Assembly: GCA_903909815.1 (NCBI GenBank)
Contig: CAIVXG010000013.1
Location: 946-64,945, forward strand
Direction: 5' to 3'
Source of the DNA: an uncultured beta proteobacterium
GTDB taxonomy: Bacteria; Pseudomonadota; Gammaproteobacteria; Burkholderiales; Burkholderiaceae_C
Length of the DNA: 64,000 nt
Part shown: positions 54,261-63,302 of the stretch, one piece after another
Layout of the letters: each line of letters starts with the position of its first letter
Numbering within the stretch: the stretch's first letter is position 1
The notes under the pieces: model-generated
The model's database searches: none
What the model saw: only the letters and a program-made list of their open reading frames with translations
Told to the model about the DNA's origin: nothing
Position numbers and translations under genes: made by a program

Positions 54261-54692
54261 ATGCCATCCTCCGTCGACTGTCAGCAACTGGTCGCCGTTG
54301 CCGGCGACGCCATCGTCGTCTGTGATCCAGAAGGGGTCATCACCCTGTGGAACCCCGCCGCGCAATACATGTTCGGTTTTTCGCCTGAGGAAGCACTGGG
54401 GCAGTCGCTCGATCTGATCATCCCGCAGCGGCTGCGCGCGCGCCATTGGGAAGGTTACCGCAAGACGATGGAAACAGGGCAGACGCGCTACGGTCACGAC
54501 GTGCTGCGGGTGCCCGGACAGCACAAGGACGGACGCGCCATGTCGATCTCATTCACCGTGGCACTGTTGCACGGCGCAGACCATAAAATATCAGGCATCG
54601 CCTCGATCATTCGGGACGAGAGCGCCAAATTCAACGAAGACCGTGCGCTGCGTAAACGGCTGGCGGAGCTTGAAGCCAAGGTGGGCGCGTAA
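54261..54692 (+). CDS. stand-alone PAS domain protein (FixL-like sequence pattern)
   Basis: 143 aa. GDAIVVCDPEGVITLWNPAAQYMFGFSPEEALGQSLDLIIPQRLRARHWEGYRKTMETGQTRYG...KDGRAMSISFTV, then a short coiled-coil tail. GGAG lies 7 nt before the ATG at 54261. Confidence 0.7.
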   Translation: MPSSVDCQQLVAVAGDAIVVCDPEGVITLWNPAAQYMFGFSPEEALGQSLDLIIPQRLRARHWEGYRKTMETGQTRYGHDVLRVPGQHKDGRAMSISFTVALLHGADHKISGIASIIRDESAKFNEDRALRKRLAELEAKVGA

Positions 54693-54729
54693 ACCATCGT
54701 TGACAGCATGTAGATAGAAAGAAGTACCG

Positions 54730-55977
54730 ATGAGCAAAGCCCTGGACGGAGTCCGTATCCTTGATTTCACCCACGTTCAGTCGGGGCCGACCTGCACCCA
54801 GTTGCTGGCGTGGTTTGGCGCCGACGTGATCAAGGTGGAGCGTGCCGGAGAAGGCGACGCCACGCGCGGCCAGCTGCGCGACATTCCCGGTGTGGACAGC
54901 CTGTACTTCACCATGCTGAATCACAACAAGCGCTCCATCACGCTCGACACCAAGAAGCCCGCAGGCAAGGAGGTGCTGGACACCTTGATCAAGCAGTGTG
55001 ACGTGTTGGTGGAGAACTTCGCCCCCGGGGCGCTGGACCGCATGGGCATCACCTGGGAGCACATTCAAAAGCTCAACCCGCGCATGATCGTGGCCTCGGT
55101 CAAGGGCTTTGGCCCCGGGCCCTACGAGGACTGCAAGGTGTATGAGAACGTGGCGCAGTGTGCGGGCGGTGCTGCCTCCACCACCGGCTTTGATGACGGC
55201 CCACCCCTGGTCACGGGCGCGCAGATCGGCGACAGCGGCACCGGTCTGCATCTGGCGCTGGGCATTGTGGCGGCGCTGTACCAGCGCAATAGTACCGGCC
55301 GTGGACAAAAGGTGCTGGCACCGATGCAGGACGCCGTGCTGAACCTGTGCCGGGTCAAGCTGCGCGATCAGCAGCGGCTGGAACGCACCGGCACCATGCA
55401 CGAATATCCGCAGTATCCGGACGGCAAGTTCGGCGAAGCGGTGCCGCGCGCCGGCAACTCGTCCGGCGGAGGGCAGCCCGGCTCGATCCTGAAGTGCAAA
55501 GGCTGGGAAGCCGACCCCAACGCCTACATCTATTTCATCACGCAGGCAGCAGTCTGGCCCGCCGTGTGCAAAGTGATCGGCGAGGAAGGCTGGATCACGG
55601 ACGAGGCCCACGCTACCCCCGCAGCGCGGCTGTTGCACCTGAAACCCATCTTCGCACGCATCGAGCAATGGACTATGACCAAGACCAAGTTCGAGGCCAT
55701 GGAAATTCTGAACAAATACGACATTCCGTGCGGGCCGATCCTGTCGATGAAGGAAATCGCCGAGGAGCCCTCGCTGCGCGAGAGCGGCACCATCGTCGAA
55801 GTGGACCATCCGACGCGCGGCAAATACCTGACGGTGGGCAATCCGATCAAGCTGTCCGACAGCGCCACAGAAGTGACGCGCTCGCCGCTGCTGGGCGAAC
55901 ACACGCAGGAGGTGCTGGCGCAACTGGGCTACAGCGCCGAGCAGGTGGCACAGTTGCGCGCCGAGCGGGTGATCTGA
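54730..55977 (+). CDS. second formyl-CoA transferase paralog (class III CoA-transferase)
   Basis: [59 protein letters not shown]. The Gly loop is altered to [11 protein letters not shown]. Confidence 0.85.
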   Translation: MSKALDGVRILDFTHVQSGPTCTQLLAWFGADVIKVERAGEGDATRGQLRDIPGVDSLYFTMLNHNKRSITLDTKKPAGKEVLDTLIKQCDVLVENFAPGALDRMGITWEHIQKLNPRMIVASVKGFGPGPYEDCKVYENVAQCAGGAASTTGFDDGPPLVTGAQIGDSGTGLHLALGIVAALYQRNSTGRGQKVLAPMQDAVLNLCRVKLRDQQRLERTGTMHEYPQYPDGKFGEAVPRAGNSSGGGQPGSILKCKGWEADPNAYIYFITQAAVWPAVCKVIGEEGWITDEAHATPAARLLHLKPIFARIEQWTMTKTKFEAMEILNKYDIPCGPILSMKEIAEEPSLRESGTIVEVDHPTRGKYLTVGNPIKLSDSATEVTRSPLLGEHTQEVLAQLGYSAEQVAQLRAERVI

Positions 55978-56072
55978 GGCTCGTGCTGCGGCCCGGTTTC
56001 GCACCCCAGGGTCTTGATCCAGCCCCGGGCCAGTTCCGGGTGCGCTGCTCGCCTCCTTCAACTCATTGAAGA

Positions 56073-56891
56073 TCAGCTCTTTGACAAGCCCTGGTACAGC
56101 ATGTGCGCCGCCAGCAGGCACAGGATGCTGGCAAAAACACGTTTCAGTTTCTGGGTCGGCAGCGCATGTGCGATGCGCACCCCCAGTGGCGCGGTGAGCA
56201 CGCTGCAGGCGGCGATCACGGCCAGGGCCGCAAGCCAGATGAAGCCCAGTGAGCCGGGCGGCAATCCCGGTACGGAACTGCCACTGATGACGTAGCCCGC
56301 GACGTTGGCAAGGGCAATCGGAAAGCCCAGTGCGGCGCTGGTGGCCACCGCGTTTCGAATATTCACGTTGCACCAGGTCATGAAGGGCACGCTGATGAAA
56401 CCGCCGCCGGCAGCCACCAGGCCGCACAGGAAGCCCATCGCTGCACCGACAGCGACCTGACCCATGGCGCCCGGCATCTGGCGCGTGGGCGACGGCTTGC
56501 GATCCCGAAACATCTGGACCGCGGAGAAGCCCACGAACAGACCGAAAAAGATCGCCAGCGAAGTGCCCTTGACCAGGGCAAATACGCCCAGGCTGGAGGC
56601 GGCGCCGCCGATGAGAATGCCGGGTGCCAGACCACGCACCAGGTCCCAGCGCACGGCGCCGCGCTGATGCTGGGCGCGCATGCTGGAGAGCGAAGTGAAA
56701 AGAATGGTGGCCATGGAGGTGGCGATGGCCATCTTGATGGCCAGGTCGGCGCTGAGGCCACGCGCGCTCAGCATAAAGGTGATGAAGGGCACCATGATCA
56801 TGCCGCCGCCAACGCCCAGCAACCCGGCCAAAAATCCGGTGCTCAGACCGAGCAGGCAGAGCTCAAAAATCAGCAGTGGTTCTAGGTGCAT
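56073..56891 (-). CDS. TauE/SafE family sulfite/anion exporter (DUF81)
   Basis: Polytopic, with duplicated LLGVGGGMIMVPF / GGGFISVPFM motifs. ATG at 56891 is preferred over 56933, which would run into the putative 6S RNA. Confidence 0.8.
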   Translation of the reverse strand: MHLEPLLIFELCLLGLSTGFLAGLLGVGGGMIMVPFITFMLSARGLSADLAIKMAIATSMATILFTSLSSMRAQHQRGAVRWDLVRGLAPGILIGGAASSLGVFALVKGTSLAIFFGLFVGFSAVQMFRDRKPSPTRQMPGAMGQVAVGAAMGFLCGLVAAGGGFISVPFMTWCNVNIRNAVATSAALGFPIALANVAGYVISGSSVPGLPPGSLGFIWLAALAVIAACSVLTAPLGVRIAHALPTQKLKRVFASILCLLAAHMLYQGLSKS

Positions 56892-56903
56892 GGAATGGAA
56901 AAA

Positions 56904-57082
56904 GGTGTCTGCAGTTGCGCGCCGGACCGTCATCCTGAACCGGGGTTCAGGTGGGCGAGGTCAGCTCAGGGCCTTGGGTTCATCTGACGCGAGATGATCA
57001 CGCATTCCCAAGCGATGTTCCAAGCCCGGTGCTACATGAGCATTGGTTCTAGGAAATATAAAGCCCGACAGGCACTGCAGAC
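56904..57082 (-). ncRNA. ssrS: probable 6S RNA
   Basis: Lies immediately downstream of zapA, as in E. coli. 5' GUCUGCAG pairs with 3' CUGCAGAC, and CUGUC with GACGG. GGGCUUGG/CCAAGGCCC form an internal stem. The CCUGAACC-ccg-GGUUCAGG hairpin resembles E. coli CCUUGAACC..GGUUCAAGG. TACAAT lies at 57094-57089 and a U-run at the 3' end. Length is about 180 nt. Ends are approximate. Confidence 0.55.
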
Positions 57083-57118
57083 GCTCAGATTGTAGGGCAG
57101 CACGAACGTTCACGTTCA

Positions 57119-57460
57119 TCAGAGCAGCTGGCCATCCTTACCCAAAGCGGCGTCCACCCGCTCCAGCAGCGATGTCAGCGCGGCATCGTGAATTGCGTCG
57201 GATGGACCTGCCGCATTGCTGGCTGGCGGCACAGGCTGTTCGGTCGACGTAGCACTCTGGCGCAGATCAGAGAGTTCGAATGCCAGATTCAGCGCTGCCA
57301 GCACTGCAATCCGGTCCCGCGCCTTGACCTTGCCCGCATCGCGAATGCGGCACATCGCCGCGTCCACGCGTTGCACGGCCTCGCGAAACTGGACTTCGCC
57401 GCCGTCGGGGCAACCCAACAGATAGCTCTGTCCCATGATCTGCACATCCAACTGCTTCAT
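57119..57460 (-). CDS. zapA: cell division protein ZapA
   Basis: MKQLDVQIMGQSYLLGCPDGGEVQFREAVQRVDAAMCRIRDAGKVKARDRIAVLAALNLAFEL. Confidence 0.85.
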   Translation of the reverse strand: MKQLDVQIMGQSYLLGCPDGGEVQFREAVQRVDAAMCRIRDAGKVKARDRIAVLAALNLAFELSDLRQSATSTEQPVPPASNAAGPSDAIHDAALTSLLERVDAALGKDGQLL

Positions 57461-57681
57461 GCCTCGCCTTTCGGAGTCGTCGCGTTGCCCGGCAGCCGTT
57501 CCAGCAGTGCATCGACCCGCGCACGGGCCGCGCTCAGGCGCGATTTGAGCGAGTCACGTTCGTGCGTGAGCAGCGTCAACTGTTCGGACAGCAGCGCATT
57601 CGTGCGTTGCTGCTCCTGGTAGCGCACGAGCAGGCGCTCGACGCGTTCGGTGATCAGTTCGATTTGAGTGGGTGAAGCCAT
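57457..57681 (-). CDS. small coiled-coil protein (ZapB-like / TIGR02449 family)
   Basis: 74-aa all-helical heptad sequence, ATGA-coupled to zapA. The position upstream of zapA is conserved in beta/gamma-proteobacteria. Confidence 0.6.
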   Translation of the reverse strand: MASPTQIELITERVERLLVRYQEQQRTNALLSEQLTLLTHERDSLKSRLSAARARVDALLERLPGNATTPKGEA

Positions 57682-57743
57682 GGCGTTTCGGAGTGGGCGT
57701 CTGATTGTAAGGATTCGCCCAGGGCGAATTGAATAAAATAAGC

Positions 57744-57994
57744 GTGTTGGTGCTCGCGGTGTGGTTCACATGCCGCAGTTCAACGGGAAGCAGGAAGGTG
57801 AGTCGTTTGCTGCGAGGTCGCTCTCGTCGCCACAGCGCCCCGCCCCGCCTGCGCTGCCCCCGCAACGGTCAAACGGACGAGTCTTCGGCATTGGTGCCGA
57901 GGATTTCACTTTCATCTACAGCCACTGAGCGCCTTGAACAAGTGCTTGGGAAGGCGATGACAGCAGTGCCGCCAGCCCGGATACCGGCCAACAC
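57744..57994 (+). promoter_or_regulatory. cobalamin (B12) riboswitch
   Basis: P1 GTGTTGG (57744-50) pairs with CCAACAC (57988-94). Also GGTGC, AACGGGAAG..GGTGAG, GCTGCCCCCGCAACGGT, CCACTG...GGGAAGG, and the B12 box GCCAGCCCGGATACCGGCC. Lies directly upstream of btuB. Confidence 0.8.
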
Positions 57995-58076
57995 GGTGAG
58001 TCTGCGCGTGCGCGGGCTCGTATCGCTTTTGCACTGGCGGGGAGGCCGGTGTGGGCATTTTTTGTTCTAGTCCATC

Positions 58077-59912
58077 ATGACCTCACGTCACTTCATTGCG
58101 CGCCCGACGGCGCTTTTCTGCGCTATTTTTGCCTCCCTCTCGTGTCACGCCCAGTCCACTTCTATGGACACGGTCGTGGTAACGGCCAGCCGCACCGAGC
58201 AGCGGGTGCAGGACGCGCTACCGGCCACCACCCTGATCACGCGCGCTGACATTGACGCCGCCCAGGTTTCCGATCTACCCAGTTTGCTGCGTAGTGTTGC
58301 CGGCTTGGAACTCACGCAAAGCGGGGGCATGGGCACCATTTCAAGCGCCTTCATTCGCGGCGCGGAATCGCGCCACACGCTGCTGCTGATCGATGGTGTG
58401 GCTGTCAACAACCTGAACTTTGGCCTTCCGGCGCTGGAACAGGTGCCACTGGGCAATGTGGAGCGCATCGAGGTCGTGCGTGGCAACGTCTCCAGCCTCT
58501 ACGGCAGCGCTGCCATAGGCGGCGTGATCCAGGTCTTTACGCGTCAGGGTGCGGCACCGGCAGTCAGTGTTTCAACGCTCGCCGGCTCCAATGCCTACCA
58601 TCAACTCGACGCCAGCCTGTCCACACCGCTGGGTTCTTCCACGCGCCTGAACGCCACTTTGGAATCCATTGGGACGGCCGGCTTCAACGCCACCAACCAG
58701 AGTGAAATTCCAGGCACCAACCCCGATCGTGACGGCTACGCACGGCATGCGGCCTCACTGGGCCTGACCCAGGATTTGGGCGTGCTGGGTGGTGGTTCAC
58801 AAAAGAGCAGCCTGGGACTGCGACTGCGCAATGTGCACGGCGTGACCCAATACGACAGCCAGTACGGACCGGCCAACCAGGCGGATGTATCGCGCTACAC
58901 CGAACGCGGGACGGTGGTGGAGGGCAAGTTTTTCATGGCGGCAGGCCTGAGCCTGAACGCAGCATTGACCCAAAGCCAGGACTTGCTCAACGCGAACGTC
59001 ACGGCCTACCCGTACTGGGTGAATTCGTACAGCACCGGTGGCCAACTGGGTCTGGAGTGGACGTTTTCTCCCGGCCAGCGCATCTCCAGTGGCTACGAAG
59101 GCACGCACCAGCGCGTTGCCAGTGACACCGTCTACGATCACACGTCGCGGCAACAGGACAGCCTGCGTCTGGGATACCAGGCCGACTACGCGCAAAGCCA
59201 GGTGCAGTTGAATCTGCGTCAGGACAAGTATTCCGACTTCGGCACGGCCGACACCTATTACGCCGGTTATGCCTGGCGCATCACGCCGCAATGGCGAATC
59301 AACGCATCCAATTCCAGCGGCTTCAACGCGCCCACATTCAACGACCTGTATTACCCCTACGGCGGCAATCCCTTGCTCAAGCCCGAGCACGTGAAATCAA
59401 GCGAACTGGGCTTGCAATACGCCAGCAACGCACAGGAACTCCGCGTGGTGCTGTTCAACAATCGCTACGCCGACCTGATCGCCAACGATGTCAACTACAC
59501 CCGCGTCAATATCGGTGCGGCGCGCAATCAGGGTGTCGAACTGAGCTACAACGGCACGCTCGCCAATACCGGCGTGCACGCCAGCGCCACCTCGCAGGAT
59601 CCGATCGACCTCGTCACCGGCAAGCGCCTCACGCTGCGTGCAGCCACGCTGGCAAATCTGGGTCTGGGACGCGATTTCGGCGTCTGGAATCTGGTTGCCA
59701 ATCTGCGCTACAGCGGTTCGCGCCCGGACGGCAGCCATACATTGGCGTCCTACAGCGTGTTCGATCTGAGTGCCCAGTGCACCATTACGCCTGAACTCAA
59801 GGCGACGGCGCGCGTTCAGAACGTGGCGGACCGCCATTACGAGACCGTGTACGGCTACAACCAGGCTGCGCGTAGCTTGGTGCTGGGCCTGAATTGGCAA
59901 CCCAGGTTCTGA
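58077..59912 (+). CDS. btuB: TonB-dependent vitamin B12 outer-membrane receptor
   Basis: Signal peptide, TonB box DTVVVTASR, plug region FIRGAESRHTLLLIDGVAVN, and C-terminal ...LGLNWQPRF. Confidence 0.85.
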   Translation: MTSRHFIARPTALFCAIFASLSCHAQSTSMDTVVVTASRTEQRVQDALPATTLITRADIDAAQVSDLPSLLRSVAGLELTQSGGMGTISSAFIRGAESRHTLLLIDGVAVNNLNFGLPALEQVPLGNVERIEVVRGNVSSLYGSAAIGGVIQVFTRQGAAPAVSVSTLAGSNAYHQLDASLSTPLGSSTRLNATLESIGTAGFNATNQSEIPGTNPDRDGYARHAASLGLTQDLGVLGGGSQKSSLGLRLRNVHGVTQYDSQYGPANQADVSRYTERGTVVEGKFFMAAGLSLNAALTQSQDLLNANVTAYPYWVNSYSTGGQLGLEWTFSPGQRISSGYEGTHQRVASDTVYDHTSRQQDSLRLGYQADYAQSQVQLNLRQDKYSDFGTADTYYAGYAWRITPQWRINASNSSGFNAPTFNDLYYPYGGNPLLKPEHVKSSELGLQYASNAQELRVVLFNNRYADLIANDVNYTRVNIGAARNQGVELSYNGTLANTGVHASATSQDPIDLVTGKRLTLRAATLANLGLGRDFGVWNLVANLRYSGSRPDGSHTLASYSVFDLSAQCTITPELKATARVQNVADRHYETVYGYNQAARSLVLGLNWQPRF

Positions 59913-59926
59913 CGGGAGAAAAGTTG

Positions 59927-60805
59927 ATGCAGCAGCCTCGTCGTCGTCAAGTCATGCCTGTGCTCGCGGCGGCGCTGCTGTGCTTGCTGGCCACGGCGGC
60001 GCAGGCGCTGCAGATCAGCGACGACCGTGGCGTGTCGGTGCGCTTCGACGCGGCGCCGCGGCGCATCGTGAGCCTGTTGCCGTCGCTGACCGAGGCCGTG
60101 TGCGCGCTGGGCCAATGTCAGTACCTCGTCGGTGTCGATCGCTTCTCCAATTGGCCCGCATCGGTGCGCAGTCTGCCGCAATTGGGCGGCCTGGATGACG
60201 CTCCCATCGAAGCGATCGTCGCGCTGCGGCCCGACGTGGTGCTGCTGGCCGCGTCGGCGCGTGTCACGTCCAGGCTGGAGTCGCTGGGCATCAAAGTGCT
60301 TGCGCTGGAGCCGAAGAATTTCGCCGACGTGCAACGCGTGCTGCGACAGATCGGTGTGCTGCTGGATGTTCCCGATGCCGATCGTGTCTGGCGCGGCATC
60401 GACGCGGCGATGGTCGCCGCGGTCGCGTCGATGCCGACGCACGCCCGCGGCGCCAAGGTGTATTTCGAGGTCAGCCGCGAACCCTATGCGGCCGGCGCCT
60501 CGTCCTTCATCGGCGAGATGTTGACGCGCCTGGGCCTGGGCAATATCGTGCCGGGAGCGCTGGGGCCATTTCCCCAATTGAACCCTGAGTTCGTGGTGCG
60601 CGCCGACCCGGACCTGATCATGATCGGCGACGGCAGTGCCCAAGGGTTGAAGCAGCGTCCGGGTTGGGCCGGCATGCGCGCGTTGCGGGAGCAACGCATC
60701 TGCGCCTTCAAGCCGGAGCAGGCCGACATGCTGGTGCGTCCGGGTCCGCGCATGGCGCAGGCGGCGCAATTGATCACCCAATGCGTGCGCGACAAATTGC
60801 CATGA
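59927..60805 (+). CDS. btuF: periplasmic cobalamin/siderophore-type ABC substrate-binding protein (BtuF-like)
   Basis: Signal peptide MQQPRRRQVMPVLAAALLCLLATAAQA, RIVSLLPSLTEAVCALG, cluster A-II SBP fold pattern. GGGAGA RBS before the ATG at 59927. Confidence 0.75.
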   Translation: MQQPRRRQVMPVLAAALLCLLATAAQALQISDDRGVSVRFDAAPRRIVSLLPSLTEAVCALGQCQYLVGVDRFSNWPASVRSLPQLGGLDDAPIEAIVALRPDVVLLAASARVTSRLESLGIKVLALEPKNFADVQRVLRQIGVLLDVPDADRVWRGIDAAMVAAVASMPTHARGAKVYFEVSREPYAAGASSFIGEMLTRLGLGNIVPGALGPFPQLNPEFVVRADPDLIMIGDGSAQGLKQRPGWAGMRALREQRICAFKPEQADMLVRPGPRMAQAAQLITQCVRDKLP

Positions 60806-61815
60806 ACCCGGTTGCAAAGTACCAGCGTGTGGCGACCCTCCTGATGCTGGGTCTGCTGTTGCTCAGCGCCGTCTTGATCTTGGTTGGCGCGGGCGTGGGC
60901 AGCACCGGCTTTGAGCGGGTGTGGAGCGCCTGGAAAGACCCCGTTGCCTGGCAAATTGTCTGGGACATACGACTGCCGCGCACCTTGGGCGCCTGGACAG
61001 CTGGCGCCCTGCTGGGCCTGGCTGGCGCGGTGGCGCAAGGCCTGTTTCGCAATCCTTTGGCCGACCCCTACTTGCTGGGCAGTGCCTCCGGCGCCACGCT
61101 GGGTGTGGCCCTGGCGTTGGCGCTGCTCGGAGGCACCGGATTGGCCAGCAGTTGGTTGCTGCGTCTGGGCCTCACCGGCGCCGCCTTTGCCGGCGCCACT
61201 GGCGCTGTGATGCTCACGCTGGCGCTGGCCAAAGGGCTGCAGAACAGCTTGCGCCTGCTGCTCGCGGGCGTGGTCGTGGGCGTGGTACTGGGCGCCATGA
61301 GTTCGCTCGTGGTGCTGCTGGTACCGCAGATCACGCAGACCATGCAGGCCTTCATGTTGGGCAGCACCGGTTACATCAGTTGGAGCGCCTGCGTGCTCAT
61401 GGGTGGAGTGTGGCTGCTGTGCGCGCTCGTGGCCTGGCTGCTGAGTCCAGTGCTGGATGGTCTGGCACTGGGCGAAGCCACGGCGCACAGCCTGGGCCTG
61501 CCCTTGGCGCACATGCGTGCCGTGCTGGTGGCCGTGCTGGCCTTGGCCACCGGTACGGCGGTGGCGCAGACGGGCCTGATCGCCTTTGTCGGGCTGGCCG
61601 CACCGCACCTGGTGCGCTCGTTGCTCAAGACCACCCACGACCGCCTGCTGCTGCTTTCCAGTCTGGCCGGTGGCGTGTTGTTGCTGGCGGCGGACATGCT
61701 GGCGCGCAGCCTCATGGCGCCGCAGGAACTGCCGGTGGGCGTGTTGACCGCGGTGCTGGGCGGCGGCTACCTGCTGTGGCTCATGCGCCGTCCGCAGGGG
61801 AGGGTGACGCCATGA
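60802..61815 (+). CDS. btuC: FecCD-family ABC permease (BtuC-like)
   Basis: IVWDIRLPRTLGAWTAGALLGLAGAVAQGLFRNPLADPYLLG. ATGA overlaps with both btuF and btuD. Confidence 0.85.
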   Translation: MNPVAKYQRVATLLMLGLLLLSAVLILVGAGVGSTGFERVWSAWKDPVAWQIVWDIRLPRTLGAWTAGALLGLAGAVAQGLFRNPLADPYLLGSASGATLGVALALALLGGTGLASSWLLRLGLTGAAFAGATGAVMLTLALAKGLQNSLRLLLAGVVVGVVLGAMSSLVVLLVPQITQTMQAFMLGSTGYISWSACVLMGGVWLLCALVAWLLSPVLDGLALGEATAHSLGLPLAHMRAVLVAVLALATGTAVAQTGLIAFVGLAAPHLVRSLLKTTHDRLLLLSSLAGGVLLLAADMLARSLMAPQELPVGVLTAVLGGGYLLWLMRRPQGRVTP

Positions 61816-62579
61816 GTCGGGTGGCGCTTCAGGCGCGCAAGGTGTGCGCCACGTTGGGGTCGATGCAAGTTCTGCACGACGTTGATCTGGAGCTCCCGGG
61901 CGCCAGCTGGATCAGCGTGGTCGGGCCCAACGGCGCGGGCAAATCCACGCTGCTCAAGGTGCTGGCGCAACTGCTGCCGTACGGCGGACAGGTGCTGCTG
62001 CTGGGGCAGGACGCGGCGAAGATGCCCAGGCGCCAGCGCGCGCAACAACTGGCCTGGCTGGGCCAGCATGAGGCCAGCGCCGACGACTTGCTGGTGTACG
62101 ACGTGGCCATGCTGGGACGCCTGCCGCACCAGACTTGGCTGGTGGGCCCGACCGCCCTTGATCACGAGGCCGTGCAGCAGGCGCTGCGCGCCACTCAATC
62201 GTGGGATTGGCGCGCCCGGGCGCTGGGCCAGCTCTCGGCCGGGGAGCGTCAGCGCGTGTTGTTGGCGCGAGCGTTGGCGGTGCAGGCCCAGGTGCTGCTG
62301 ATGGACGAGCCGTTGGCCAATCTGGACCCGCCACATCAGGCCGACTGGCTGGCCCTGGTGCACTCCCTGGTGGCGTCGGGCAAGACCGTGGTGAGCGTGC
62401 TGCACGAGGTGGCGCTGGCGCTGCAGGCCGACGAGATGGTGATCCTGCGCGAAGGCAGAGTGCAGCACCAGGGGCGCTGCTCCGATGTCAGCACCCAGCG
62501 CGCGCTGGAATGCGTGTTTGACGATCGGATCTGCGTGCACAACCTGTTCGGCCAGCCGGTGGTGCTGCTGAAAAAGTAG
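61812..62579 (+). CDS. btuD: ABC transporter ATP-binding protein (BtuD/FecE-like)
   Basis: Walker A GPNGAGKST, signature LSAGERQRV, Walker B VLLMDEP. Only the last 255 codons of the 552-aa track ORF are real. Confidence 0.85.
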   Translation: MSRVALQARKVCATLGSMQVLHDVDLELPGASWISVVGPNGAGKSTLLKVLAQLLPYGGQVLLLGQDAAKMPRRQRAQQLAWLGQHEASADDLLVYDVAMLGRLPHQTWLVGPTALDHEAVQQALRATQSWDWRARALGQLSAGERQRVLLARALAVQAQVLLMDEPLANLDPPHQADWLALVHSLVASGKTVVSVLHEVALALQADEMVILREGRVQHQGRCSDVSTQRALECVFDDRICVHNLFGQPVVLLKK

Positions 62580-62595
62580 CGCAGGGCAGGGCCAG

Positions 62596-63234
62596 TCACG
62601 GTGCAGGCGTCTTGTCCTTGAAGTCGCAGCAGCGCGCCACGCTGCATTGCCAGCATTTGGGTGTGCGTGCCAGACAGATGTAACGCCCGTGCAGGATCAG
62701 CCAGTGGTGCGCATCCGCCAGATACTCGGTGGGGACGCGTTGCAGCAGCCTTTTTTCTACTTCCAGCGGCGTCTTGCCCGGCGCCATGCCGGTGCGGTTG
62801 GCGAGCCGAAAGACATGCGTGTCCACCGCCATGGTGGGCTCGCCGTAGGCGCAGTTCAGCACCACGTTCGCGGTCTTGCGTCCCACGCCCGGCAACGCCT
62901 CCAGCGCCTCGCGCTCGCGCGGCACCTGACCGTGATGACGATCCAGCAGCATCTGGCAGGTCTGCAGCAGGTGCCGCGCCTTGCTGTGATACAGGCCGAT
63001 GGTTCTGATATGGCGTTCCAACCCGTCGAGTCCGAGCGCCAACATCTTTTGGGGCGTGTTTGCCACCGGAAAAAGTTGACGCGTGGCCTTGTTCACGCTC
63101 ACGTCCGTGGCCTGCGCACTCAAGAGCACGGCCACCAGCAGCTCAAACACGTTGCTGTATTCCAGCTCCGTCACCGGAGTCGGGTTGGCGGCCTTGAGCG
63201 TGGCGAAAAATGCGCTGATCTGGTCGCGTGTCAT
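62596..63234 (-). CDS. nth: endonuclease III
   Basis: HhH-GPD (LPGVGRKTANVVL) and the C-terminal [4Fe-4S] cluster CLARTPKCWQCSVARCC. Confidence 0.9.
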   Translation of the reverse strand: MTRDQISAFFATLKAANPTPVTELEYSNVFELLVAVLLSAQATDVSVNKATRQLFPVANTPQKMLALGLDGLERHIRTIGLYHSKARHLLQTCQMLLDRHHGQVPREREALEALPGVGRKTANVVLNCAYGEPTMAVDTHVFRLANRTGMAPGKTPLEVEKRLLQRVPTEYLADAHHWLILHGRYICLARTPKCWQCSVARCCDFKDKTPAP

Positions 63235-63302
63235 GCTGTGCTGCCGTGTTGTGGGGAATGATGCAAAGTGTGCCCTATAGTTGCCCCTTCACCGATACTT
63301 GA

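Noticed and set aside
57995-58076. Clean intrinsic terminator as the riboswitch expression platform
   Set aside because: A T-run exists at 58053-58059, but I could not draw a convincing GC stem immediately upstream. I leave the mechanism open.
60921-62579. 552-aa plus-strand ORF spanning btuC and btuD
   Set aside because: The first roughly 297 codons are an alternative frame of btuC (Arg/Gly/Ala-rich). Only the segment from ATG 61812 has ABC ATPase motifs.
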